A stretch of DNA of 46,899 bases from Acidobacteriota bacterium (GCA_040005235.1 JBDTZG010000045.1:1-46899); one strand, 5' to 3'. Positions 9,698-17,701 are shown, numbered from the stretch's first letter. Program-made: numbers and translations. The notes: generated by a model from the letters alone, not told the origin.

Positions 9698-10447
9698 ATG
9701 TCCGACGAACCGGCCCTCCGCGCCATCTTGGTCGACGATGAAGAGCCCGCCCGAAGGGTGTTGCGCGAATACCTGGCCGAGCTGGGCGAGGTCGAGGTAG
9801 TGGCCGAATGCGCCAACGGCTTCGAGGCGGTCAAGGCCGTGGCCGAGCAGAAGCCCGACCTGCTATTTCTCGACATCCAGATGCCCAAGCTCTCGGGCTT
9901 CGAAGTCCTGGAGCTGCTCGACCACGATCCGGCGGTGATTTTCTCCACCGCCCACGACGAGCACGCCGTCCGCGCCTTTGAAATCCACGCGGTCGACTAT
10001 CTGCTCAAGCCCTACGGGCCGGAGCGATTGGCCGAAGCCCTCCGCCGCGCCCGCCTCCGCCTCGCGTCGGCCGAGCGCGAACCGGTGCGCTCGCTCGCCA
10101 AGCTCGGCCGAACCCCTGGCCGCCCGCTCGACCGGGTCCTGATCCGCGACGACGCGAAGATCCACGTCCTCCCCGCCGAACGGATTGACTGGATCGAAGC
10201 ACGCGACGACTACGTCCTGGTCCGCGCCGAAGGCGTCTCTCATCGCAAATCCGAGACCCTCGCCGAGCTGGAAGCCGATCTCGACCCCCAGCGCTTCGTC
10301 CGCGTCCACCGGTCTTATCTCCTGAACGTCGAGCGCCTCGCCCGCTTGGAGCTCTACGCCAAAGACAGTCGAGTCGCCATCCTCCGCGACGGCACCCGCC
10401 TGCCCGTCTCGCGCACCGGCTACGCTCGATTGAAGGAGCTGCTCTGA
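9698..10447 (+). CDS. LytTR family response regulator
   Basis: Receiver domain (LVDDE, FLDIQMP, DYLLKP) plus LytTR domain (FVRVHRSYLLN, LPVSR). Confidence 0.95.
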   Translation: MSDEPALRAILVDDEEPARRVLREYLAELGEVEVVAECANGFEAVKAVAEQKPDLLFLDIQMPKLSGFEVLELLDHDPAVIFSTAHDEHAVRAFEIHAVDYLLKPYGPERLAEALRRARLRLASAEREPVRSLAKLGRTPGRPLDRVLIRDDAKIHVLPAERIDWIEARDDYVLVRAEGVSHRKSETLAELEADLDPQRFVRVHRSYLLNVERLARLELYAKDSRVAILRDGTRLPVSRTGYARLKELL

Positions 10448-11565
10448 GCCCGCCGCGGCTCCTCCTGGTCGGAGCGGGGCACGCCCATCTGGAGGTCCTC
10501 CGCCGCTGCGCGGAGGAACGGAAGAAAAAAGACGGCGCGGCGTTCGATCTCACCGTCATCGCCCCCATGCCCCGCCAGGTCTATTCCGGCATGGTCCCCG
10601 GCTTTCTTGCCGGGACCTACACGTTAGACGAGATCTCGCTCGAAGTGGCGCCGTTGGTGGCACGGACGGAAGGGGAGCTGATCGAAGGGAGCGCCGAAGC
10701 GCTCGATCCCAAGCGGCAGGTCGTGCGCCTCGCCGACGGGCGCGAAGTGGGCTACGACCTCGTTTCGTTCGCGGTCGGTTCGAACACCGCGGGGATCGAC
10801 CGCCCGGAGATCGCGGAAGGCGCCGTTCCGGTGAAGCCCCTCGACCGGGTAATAGACCTCCAAACCCGGCTCGAATCTCTGGTTCGCGACCGGCCGGAAA
10901 AGGAGCGCGGCGCCGCCGTAGTGGGAGGAGGAGCCGCGGGCTACGAGGTGGCGCTGGCTATCCGCACTGCGCTGGGTGCCGAGGCCCAAGTCCACTTGAT
11001 CGAACGCGGCCCACGCCTGCTAGTCGAGTACCCGGAGCGCTTTCGGAAGAAGGCGCTCGCGGTGCTCGCGGAACGGGGTATGGAGGCCCAAACCGGAGCG
11101 ACCGTCGATCGAGTGGAAGCGGATCGCGTGATCCTCGCCAACGGCCGAGAGATCCCCTCCGACCTCACCATCTGGCTCGGCGGAGCGATCGGCTGGCCGC
11201 TGTTTCGCGACTCTGGGCTGCCGCTCGACGAACGGGGATTTCTGCTGCTGGACGATTCGCTCCGCTCGCTCGGGGACCTCAAGATCTTCGCTGCGGGCGA
11301 CTGCGGCACGCTCGTGAATTTTCCACGAACTCCCAAAGCGGGGGTCTACGCGGTGCGCCAGGCGCCCGTTCTTTGGCAGAGCTTGCGAGCCACCCTCAGT
11401 GGTGAGGAGCCGCCGCTCTATCTCCCCCAGACGGGATTTCTCTCGATCCTTAACCTCGGCGACGGCCGCGCGTTGATGCATTGGAAGGGGCTAGTGCTCG
11501 AAGGGGCGCCGATCTTCAAGCTCAAGGATTGGATCGACCGGCGGTTTCTCGCCAGGCATCGGTAG
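10444..11565 (+). CDS. FAD-dependent pyridine nucleotide-disulfide oxidoreductase (SelD N-terminal-like family), probable CTG start
   Basis: The in-frame extension upstream of the track start gives RLLLVGAGHAHLEVL; further motifs YSGMVPG, VVGGGAAG, IFAAGDC, KAGVYAVRQ, KDWIDRRF. Confidence 0.88.
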   Translation: MSPPRLLLVGAGHAHLEVLRRCAEERKKKDGAAFDLTVIAPMPRQVYSGMVPGFLAGTYTLDEISLEVAPLVARTEGELIEGSAEALDPKRQVVRLADGREVGYDLVSFAVGSNTAGIDRPEIAEGAVPVKPLDRVIDLQTRLESLVRDRPEKERGAAVVGGGAAGYEVALAIRTALGAEAQVHLIERGPRLLVEYPERFRKKALAVLAERGMEAQTGATVDRVEADRVILANGREIPSDLTIWLGGAIGWPLFRDSGLPLDERGFLLLDDSLRSLGDLKIFAAGDCGTLVNFPRTPKAGVYAVRQAPVLWQSLRATLSGEEPPLYLPQTGFLSILNLGDGRALMHWKGLVLEGAPIFKLKDWIDRRFLARHR

Positions 11566-11704
11566 GAAACGGCCGCGGACAGGTCGGCCCGGCAGTCAGC
11601 GTTTCTTCGAGCCGAGAAGATCGACCGGAGGTAACCCCTCGTGCCGCGCCTGCCGTTCCTCGGATTTTAGCAGGGCTCGAGGACAGCTCGCCCTGCCACT
11701 CTCC

Positions 11705-11848
11705 TCAGCAGATCCCGCCGAGACAGGTGTTGTAGCAAGAGGGGCCCTGGAACGTGTGGCACCCCCGGGTGGGGCAGAACAGTGTCGGAATGATGCTGAT
11801 CCCGCCGCCGTCCACCGCGGTTAGGGTGTCGGGCTCGAGGAGCTGAAG
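11705..11848 (-). pseudogene. 5'-truncated lanthipeptide/RiPP precursor-like peptide
   Basis: Manual translation LQLLEPDTLTAVDGG-GISIIPTLFCPTRGCHTFQGPSCYNTCLGGIC-stop: a double-Gly leader end plus a Cys/Thr/Ser-rich core. No plausible in-frame start before the upstream stop at 11900-11902. Confidence 0.6.
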
Positions 11849-11852
11849 AGCG

Positions 11853-11940
11853 AATTCGAGGAGCTGGGAAGCGAACTTTTCCGCCCCAAGTTCGCTAATT
11901 CAACGAGTTTGGAAGCGAACGTTTTTGCTCCAAGTTCGCT
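11853..11940. repeat. Two tandem 44-bp units, each with an internal palindrome AGCGAAC..GTTCGCT
   Basis: 11853-11896 vs 11897-11940, 36/44 identical. Confidence 0.85.
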
Positions 11941-12057
11941 TTTAAGGCCGCTCCAGGCTTCCTTTTCGTGGAAGCCGATTCGCGGCCTACACTGCTCGAA
12001 GTCACTGAAAACGAGCGGCTTACGGACGTTCCGTGGAGCCAGTTCAGATTTTCCCTC

Positions 12058-12086
12058 TTGACAGGCGATTTAGACCTGCTCATGAT
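12058..12086 (+). promoter_or_regulatory. Sigma70-type promoter
   Basis: TTGACA-17 nt-CATGAT about 125 nt upstream of the 12213 ORF. Confidence 0.65.
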
Positions 12087-12212
12087 CGCGTCGCTGAGCG
12101 ATGCCAGAAAAATCTATGCCGTTTGGCAGCTCAGTTGCGTCCGTACCAAAGCTACTTGGCTTCACTTGCCTGGTCGAAATTCTTCGCCCGGGTCTTTTAA
12201 AGGAGGTGCGCA

Positions 12213-12557
12213 ATGAGCGCCCATGGTTCAACCTTCGCCGGATCGCCCTTGTCCCCCGTGCCGTCTCCGCTCAAAGCGGAACGGATTCAACTCCAAATGC
12301 AGCAACTGCCCGACTGGCACCTATCGCACAACAGCCGGCAGGCGCAGCGGAAGTTCCAGTTCCCCTCACGGAGCCGGGCGATCGAATTCCTGCGCCAGGT
12401 GATCCGCAACGCCGAAAGCGTGCCGATCGCCGCCGGCCGACCTGGCCCCGCGTTCTCCTGCCGCCGCGATGCGGTGACGGTCTCGATCTGGACCCAGGAC
12501 GGGGCGTTCCTCGACACGGAGGTCGCGATGGCCAGGACCATCAGCCAGCTGATCTGA
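12213..12557 (+). CDS. Pterin-4a-carbinolamine dehydratase (PCD/DCoH)-like protein lacking the catalytic histidines
   Basis: LPDWHL...RKFQFPS...AIEFL...VTVSIWT...VAMARTI pattern; strong SD AAGGAGGT. Confidence 0.65.
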   Translation: MSAHGSTFAGSPLSPVPSPLKAERIQLQMQQLPDWHLSHNSRQAQRKFQFPSRSRAIEFLRQVIRNAESVPIAAGRPGPAFSCRRDAVTVSIWTQDGAFLDTEVAMARTISQLI

Positions 12558-12799
12558 CGCTGCTCCCGCAAACTAAAGCGCGGTTTTCGGCAGGGCCTTT
12601 CCTTCGGGCGCCGCCGAAAGCGACGAGTAGGTTGTTGGGGCCGGTGGGCTGATTCAGCACACGAGCAGTCCGGCCAGATCGCTGGCGTTCTGGCTCAGCT
12701 CATCGGCGTTTTTTCCTAGGTTTACCCCGATTCGTCGGGCCATCCAAACACGTCTTGCCGGAACGCATTTCGCGCTCCGGTCAACTAGAGGAGTTCGTC

Positions 12800-13168
12800 A
12801 TGAACGACAACAGCACCGCAGACAAGGTCAACAAGTGGCAGATCCTGATCGAGAACATCCGAGAGCTGGTCCCCGAGATTCCGGGGGCTGACCCCTGGTA
12901 CACCGAGGTCAAGCAGAACGTCGAGTCCTTCCGCTCGACCGAGGAGAAGTTGCAGATGCTTCGCGCCCAGCTTCTGGACGCGGTCGTCATTCGCAATCAG
13001 CAGGGCAAAGAGGCCCTCCAGTCGATCCGTCGTCTGGCGGCAACCGCCCGAGCGCACTTCGGCTTCGCCAACCCGCTGCTCGAGACCTTCAATATCCGGT
13101 CCGAGCACCGAGCCCGCCGCGGCAGCAAAGCCTCGGCAAAGAAGAACACCCCGCAGCAAACCTCGTAG
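12800..13168 (+). CDS. Hypothetical 122-aa alpha-helical protein with basic tail
   Basis: SD GAGGAG, coding-like codon use, heptad-rich helices, ending ARAHFGFANPLLETFNIR then RARRGSKASAKK. Confidence 0.8.
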   Translation: MNDNSTADKVNKWQILIENIRELVPEIPGADPWYTEVKQNVESFRSTEEKLQMLRAQLLDAVVIRNQQGKEALQSIRRLAATARAHFGFANPLLETFNIRSEHRARRGSKASAKKNTPQQTS

Positions 13169-13244
13169 CGCGCGCCGTGCGCACCGTTCCCAAGGGAACA
13201 GCTAGCACGGCACACGCAACGGTCTGATGTTCGTGGATTTCCAG

Positions 13245-13277
13245 GAGGGTGGCGGCGAAGGCCGCCACCCTCTTTTT
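13245..13277 (+). terminator. Intrinsic terminator
   Basis: Perfect 12-bp stem GAGGGTGGCGGC-GAAG-GCCGCCACCCTC followed by TTTTT. Confidence 0.9.
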
Positions 13278-13377
13278 CGTCTTTGGTCTCGGTCCGAGAG
13301 GTAGGGAATTCGAGCAGACAAGAGTTAAGCTACGCCGATTCTTGCCCCTGTCTCAAGTTTTTGAAAGGGAGTCAGCT

Positions 13378-14415
13378 ATGAGTGACCTCCCGACAAAGTC
13401 CGAGTTCCTGATCTACGAAGCCGAGAACGGCGCGATCAAGCTCGAGGTCCGCTTCGACGGCGAAACCGTCTGGCTCACGCAGCTACTGATGGCCGAACTG
13501 TTTCAGACGACCCAGCAGAACATCAGCCTTCATCTTCAGAACATCTACGAAGAAGGCGAGCTGCGCCTATCGGCAACTCACAAGGTATTCTTGTCGGTTC
13601 GCCGAGAGGGCAAACGGGATGTGCAGCGCACCCTCGATTTCTACAACCTCGACGCGATCATCTCCGTCGGATACCGGATCAAGTCTCGCGTCGCCACGCA
13701 GTTCCGCATCTGGGCCACGCAGCGCCTGCGCGAGTACATCGTCAAGGGGTTCGTGCTGGATGACGAGCGCCTGAAGAATCCGGATGTCCCTTTCGACTAC
13801 TTCGAAGAGCTCACCCGGCGTATCCAGGACATCCGCACGTCCGAGCGGCGCTTCTACCAGAAGATCACCGACATCTACGCGACCAGCCTCGACTACGACC
13901 CGACCACCGAGACCAGCCTCACCTTCTTCAAGACGGTGCAGAACAAGGTGCACTGGGCGATCACCGGCCAGACGGCCGCGGAGATCATTCACGCACGCGC
14001 CGATCACAACCAGTCGAACATGGGGCTCACGAACTGGCGTGGGGCAAAGCCGCGCAAGGAGGACACGGTCATCGCCAAGAACTACTTGAGCGAACCAGAG
14101 CTGGCTGCGCTCAACAACCTGGTGGAGCAGTACCTCGTGTTCGCCGAAGGCCAGGCCCTGCGGCGCATCCCCATGCGCATGGGCGACTGGGTGACCAAAC
14201 TCGACGGCTTCCTGCGTCTCAACGAACGAGAGGTCCTCACCCACGCCGGGCGCATTCCTCACGATAAGGCGGTCAGTCACGCAACCGAAGAATACGAAGC
14301 GTTCCACCGCGAGCGCCTCGCCGAAAAGGCCGCACAATCCGACGACTTCGACCAAGTGATCCGCGCACTACCCGCCGCCAAGCCCACACGCAAGAAGAAG
14401 CGGGGGGCGCCATGA
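13378..14415 (+). CDS. rhuM: Virulence RhuM family DNA-binding protein
   Basis: ETVWLTQ..MAELF, YNLDAIISVGYR, ATQFRIWATQRLREYIVKGF, IRTSERRFYQKITDIYA, AKNYL. Confidence 0.93.
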   Translation: MSDLPTKSEFLIYEAENGAIKLEVRFDGETVWLTQLLMAELFQTTQQNISLHLQNIYEEGELRLSATHKVFLSVRREGKRDVQRTLDFYNLDAIISVGYRIKSRVATQFRIWATQRLREYIVKGFVLDDERLKNPDVPFDYFEELTRRIQDIRTSERRFYQKITDIYATSLDYDPTTETSLTFFKTVQNKVHWAITGQTAAEIIHARADHNQSNMGLTNWRGAKPRKEDTVIAKNYLSEPELAALNNLVEQYLVFAEGQALRRIPMRMGDWVTKLDGFLRLNEREVLTHAGRIPHDKAVSHATEEYEAFHRERLAEKAAQSDDFDQVIRALPAAKPTRKKKRGAP

Positions 14416-14506
14416 TCGCCTACCTTGGGACCTTCAACATCCGGCCGGAGTATTGAGCCGAGTCGCTGCAGCAAAAGAAGACTCGTAACGACCCAAGGGA
14501 ATTGCC

Positions 14507-15886
14507 ATGGAATTAGATCAACTTCAAGATATCTTGGGCTCGGGAAGATTTAGCCTATTGGTAGGTGAGTTTGAGAGCGAATGCCTTGAATGCAAGGGGC
14601 AACCTTATCGACTCGAAACTGACGAGCAGAAGCTCGAGCTTTCCAGGGATGTCACAGGCATGGCAAACTCGAAGGGGGGAATAATTCTCATCGGCTGCGC
14701 TACGGAAAAAGACTCAACACACGGCGCCGATCGAATTGACCGTATCCGCCCTTTCCCCCGAAGCATGGCTGACATTACTCGCCTTGACCAAGTCCTTTCG
14801 GATTGGGTTTGGCCTACATTCGATCGATTAAAGATAGAGTGGTTCCCATCAGAGGATGACTCCGAAAAAGGGATTGTCGCAATTGTTGTCCCTGCCGCCG
14901 AGGGATCGGAAAGACCGTTCCTGGTGGCTAAGACTCTATTTCTTGGAACTAGGCGAATTGAAATTCTATTCGGGCTCTGCGAGCGGAAAAATGACAGCGT
15001 CCGTCATAGTAGCGTTGAGCGCATCCATGGGCTACTTCGCGATGGTTTGCGCTTCGATCAAGAGGTGCGAGACGGGTTCCAATCTCTCCAGGAGTCCCTC
15101 GAGACCCTTCGGTCATACCAGGCACAGGAGGGATCACACGCCCGAAGAGTCAAAGAATTTGACGAGCAGCTTGCTGAGGCTTTGAGTGCAGTTGGGCTCA
15201 ACAACAAACCCGTGTTCGCGATTTCAGCATGGCCACGCCGAATCCTCGATTTAGGCGAGCTATTCACTTCCAAGGAATCTGAGTTGGTCAAGCTAATCGA
15301 GAAACCTCCCGAAATCAGGTCGTCAGGCTTTAAGATTCTTTCTGGTCAGGGCTCTCGAATTGTAAGAGGAGGAATTCGTCGGAGTGTGACCGCAGGCTTT
15401 AGGCTGCTCGAGCTTAGTCGAAGCGGTATAATGATTTATGTTTCTGAAGGAGATCAGGATGGATTGTGCTGGAGTCGAAACGAAAAGCAGGCCGACTGGA
15501 ATTTAATAAATCAGCTAGCATTAGTTGAGAGCACCTATCTTTTTTGCCTTCTTTTCGAGCGGGTCTGTCAGCTGTGCTTACAGGAGGGTGACGAAGTCGT
15601 CTACGACTTGCGGTTACTTCGGATGGACCGCAATGGAGAGAACTGCAGGCTAGAGTCCGGCATGCTAGATAGATACGGGAGCGGATTTGTTTTTAAGTCT
15701 CCAGAAGGGTCTGGAGTGTTTACAATTTCCGCCCGAAGCGGCATCGAGTCAGCGGCGCGAGTGGCATTTCTGTTGTTGGCAAGTCTTTATTCATGGTTTG
15801 GAATAGAGGAGGAGAGAGTTCCATACAGCAGAGAAACCGCTGAAGAAGGACAAACTATTGCCGAGGAGACATTGGCAGACCAGTAG
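14507..15886 (+). CDS. Schlafen/AlbA_2 domain protein with uncharacterised C-terminal region
   Basis: N-terminal ESECLECK (ExxxxExK) and DVTGMANSKGGIILIG motifs; visibly AT-richer than the flanks. Confidence 0.8.
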   Translation: MELDQLQDILGSGRFSLLVGEFESECLECKGQPYRLETDEQKLELSRDVTGMANSKGGIILIGCATEKDSTHGADRIDRIRPFPRSMADITRLDQVLSDWVWPTFDRLKIEWFPSEDDSEKGIVAIVVPAAEGSERPFLVAKTLFLGTRRIEILFGLCERKNDSVRHSSVERIHGLLRDGLRFDQEVRDGFQSLQESLETLRSYQAQEGSHARRVKEFDEQLAEALSAVGLNNKPVFAISAWPRRILDLGELFTSKESELVKLIEKPPEIRSSGFKILSGQGSRIVRGGIRRSVTAGFRLLELSRSGIMIYVSEGDQDGLCWSRNEKQADWNLINQLALVESTYLFCLLFERVCQLCLQEGDEVVYDLRLLRMDRNGENCRLESGMLDRYGSGFVFKSPEGSGVFTISARSGIESAARVAFLLLASLYSWFGIEEERVPYSRETAEEGQTIAEETLADQ

Positions 15887-15904
15887 GCGTGTGACACTTC
15901 GGCC

Positions 15905-16065
15905 GATGCAGCGAACCCATTCTCACTGATAAATCCCGCCCCGGGACTGGCCATCGCCCGGTGCGCTGCGGCGATCGTAAACATCCGGGACGTGCGTTCA
16001 GGAGAGCTGCACATCCCGGGCCTCCGGATTACTACGCCTGTAGACCTTTGGAAGGAGATTTCGCG
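15905..16065 (+). pseudogene. Remnant of a PIN-domain toxin C-terminus
   Basis: Reads LAIARCAAAIVNIRDVRSGELHIPGLRITTPVDL, like the A..IVT.N.RDF..GEL.FP.L.I.TP end of PIN toxins, directly before the antitoxin. Confidence 0.5.
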
Positions 16066-16309
16066 ATGGAGGCCCTGACCCTCCGTCTTTCCGAAGAAGG
16101 GCATTCAGGCCTGCGGCAGCTGGCCGAACGCCGGAAGGCCAACGTCAATAAAGCTCCTGGATGAGTTGTCGAGGGAGGCGCTGGCGGGTTTCGACGCCAA
16201 AACCCGTTTCCGCACCCGTGCAGCCTTGGGCTCGCCCGGAGAAGCTATGGGGTTGGTCGACGATCTCGGTCGACGCCAAAGCGCTGCCCGAAGTGGCGCG
16301 AGCCCATGA
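16066..16309 (+). pseudogene. Frameshifted RHH (HicB-family annotated) antitoxin
   Basis: MEALTLRLSEEGHSGLRQLAERRKANVNK, then after a +1 shift near 16150 LLDELSREALAGFDAKTRFRTRAALGS; SD AAGGAG. Confidence 0.7.
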
Positions 16310-16442
16310 GCGAGATGGCAGCCCGGTCCAGGTAGCGCCGGCAACTCCGGCTTTTGGTTATTCGCGTCGTAGGACGCACCCCAAGGCGGCGCGCCGCTGA
16401 ACTTGGTATCGTGAGGCGACAACGGAACGAGGGAATTTCGTA

Positions 16443-16961
16443 ATGCCAGCCCAGACGCTTCGAGGCAACATCGCAGCTATAGTTCGAGATCGCCTTGGCG
16501 TGGCGGCGACGTATGCCCATGCTGCCAAGCAGGTCACTCCCGGTGATCCGATCGCCTCGGAGTCTCGGCTGCTCAAGTGGTACGCCGTCTATCCGGGAGA
16601 CCGACCCATACCGGCTGAAATCAGCTCGCTGGCCCGGCATCCGCTGGAGTCAGGTGCCCTTGATGTGGAGGGATTGGGATTCGTGGTGCTTCACCGCTGT
16701 GGCGGCGACTTCTACTTCCTCATTGTTGCGACCTGGCGGAACGAGAATGAGCTCTGGGAGACGGTCTGGTACAAGGACGGAGACAACATGACCTCGTTCG
16801 AGCCGTTTGTGCGGGACACGCAGCACCTGCCGACATTTTGTGTGTGGGAGTTGGTGCCGGTATGGCATGAGCAGGGTGCGTGGGTCCGCTTTCTGCAAAG
16901 CCACCGCGAGGTGCCCGATGTCGAGACGTGGTGCGAGGACCTTTATTCCGGAGTCGCCTGA
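16443..16961 (+). CDS. Conserved hypothetical protein
   Basis: 172 aa with family-like motifs GFVVLHRCG, TWRNENELWE, FCVWEL..VWHE..AW.RFL; function unknown. Confidence 0.75.
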   Translation: MPAQTLRGNIAAIVRDRLGVAATYAHAAKQVTPGDPIASESRLLKWYAVYPGDRPIPAEISSLARHPLESGALDVEGLGFVVLHRCGGDFYFLIVATWRNENELWETVWYKDGDNMTSFEPFVRDTQHLPTFCVWELVPVWHEQGAWVRFLQSHREVPDVETWCEDLYSGVA

Positions 16962-16966
16962 CAACT

Positions 16967-17701
16967 ATGCCAATCAAGATCGGTGTCATCGAAGCGCTCT
17001 TCCGGTATCCGGTGAAGTCCATGGGCGGCGAGCGTCTCGAGGCCGCCGAGATGGGTTGGTACGGTCTCGACGGGGACCGGCGCTTGGCGTTGCGCCGAAT
17101 GGAGAGCCATGGCGGCATGCCCTGGTTGACCGCTTCGAAGCTTCCGGAGCTGATTCTCTTTTCTCCCCAGTGGCGGGGGTCCGCCGGTGAAGGAACCCTC
17201 CCGACGCACGTTCGGACGCCGGAGGGTGAGGAGATGGCAGTCTTCAGCGAAGAATTGGCGGCGGAGGTCGGTCGTCGCCATCGTTCGCCGGTCGAGATGA
17301 TGCATCTGACCCATGGCATTTTCGATGAAGCGTGCATCTCCGTGATCGCCGGAGCCACGGTGCGAGAAATCGGCAGGCTTGCAGAGCAGCAGCCGGACGT
17401 CCGGCGGTTCCGGCCGAACATTCTGATCGATTCGGTCCGCTCCGTCGCGTTCGAGGAAGACGAATGGTTGGGAGGAGTCCTCTCCTTCGGAGAGGGCGCG
17501 GATGCCGCGGCCGTCAGCGTCACCTTGCGCGACGAGCGCTGCGCGATGGTGAACCTCGATCCCGACTCGGCACGTTCCGCCCCGGCGATGCTGAAGACGA
17601 TCGTTCGGGCGAGGCAAAACAAGGCGGGAGTCTACGGAACGGTCACGCAGTGCGGGCGTTTGGCGGTAGGACAGCCGATATTCTTCGAGCCCAGGAAATA
17701 G
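16967..17701 (+). CDS. MOSC domain-containing protein
   Basis: LFRYPVKSMGGE, GLDGDRR, RRFRPNILI, RC.M motif. Confidence 0.92.
   Translation: MPIKIGVIEALFRYPVKSMGGERLEAAEMGWYGLDGDRRLALRRMESHGGMPWLTASKLPELILFSPQWRGSAGEGTLPTHVRTPEGEEMAVFSEELAAEVGRRHRSPVEMMHLTHGIFDEACISVIAGATVREIGRLAEQQPDVRRFRPNILIDSVRSVAFEEDEWLGGVLSFGEGADAAAVSVTLRDERCAMVNLDPDSARSAPAMLKTIVRARQNKAGVYGTVTQCGRLAVGQPIFFEPRK

Noticed and set aside
10444-11565. Selenophosphate synthetase SelD or a selenium system
   Set aside because: Only the N-terminal oxidoreductase-like part is present; no SelD domain, and both tRNAs are ordinary Ser, not Sec.
11853-11940. Mini CRISPR array
   Set aside because: Only two adjacent units, the intervening parts are similar rather than unique spacers, and there are no cas genes.
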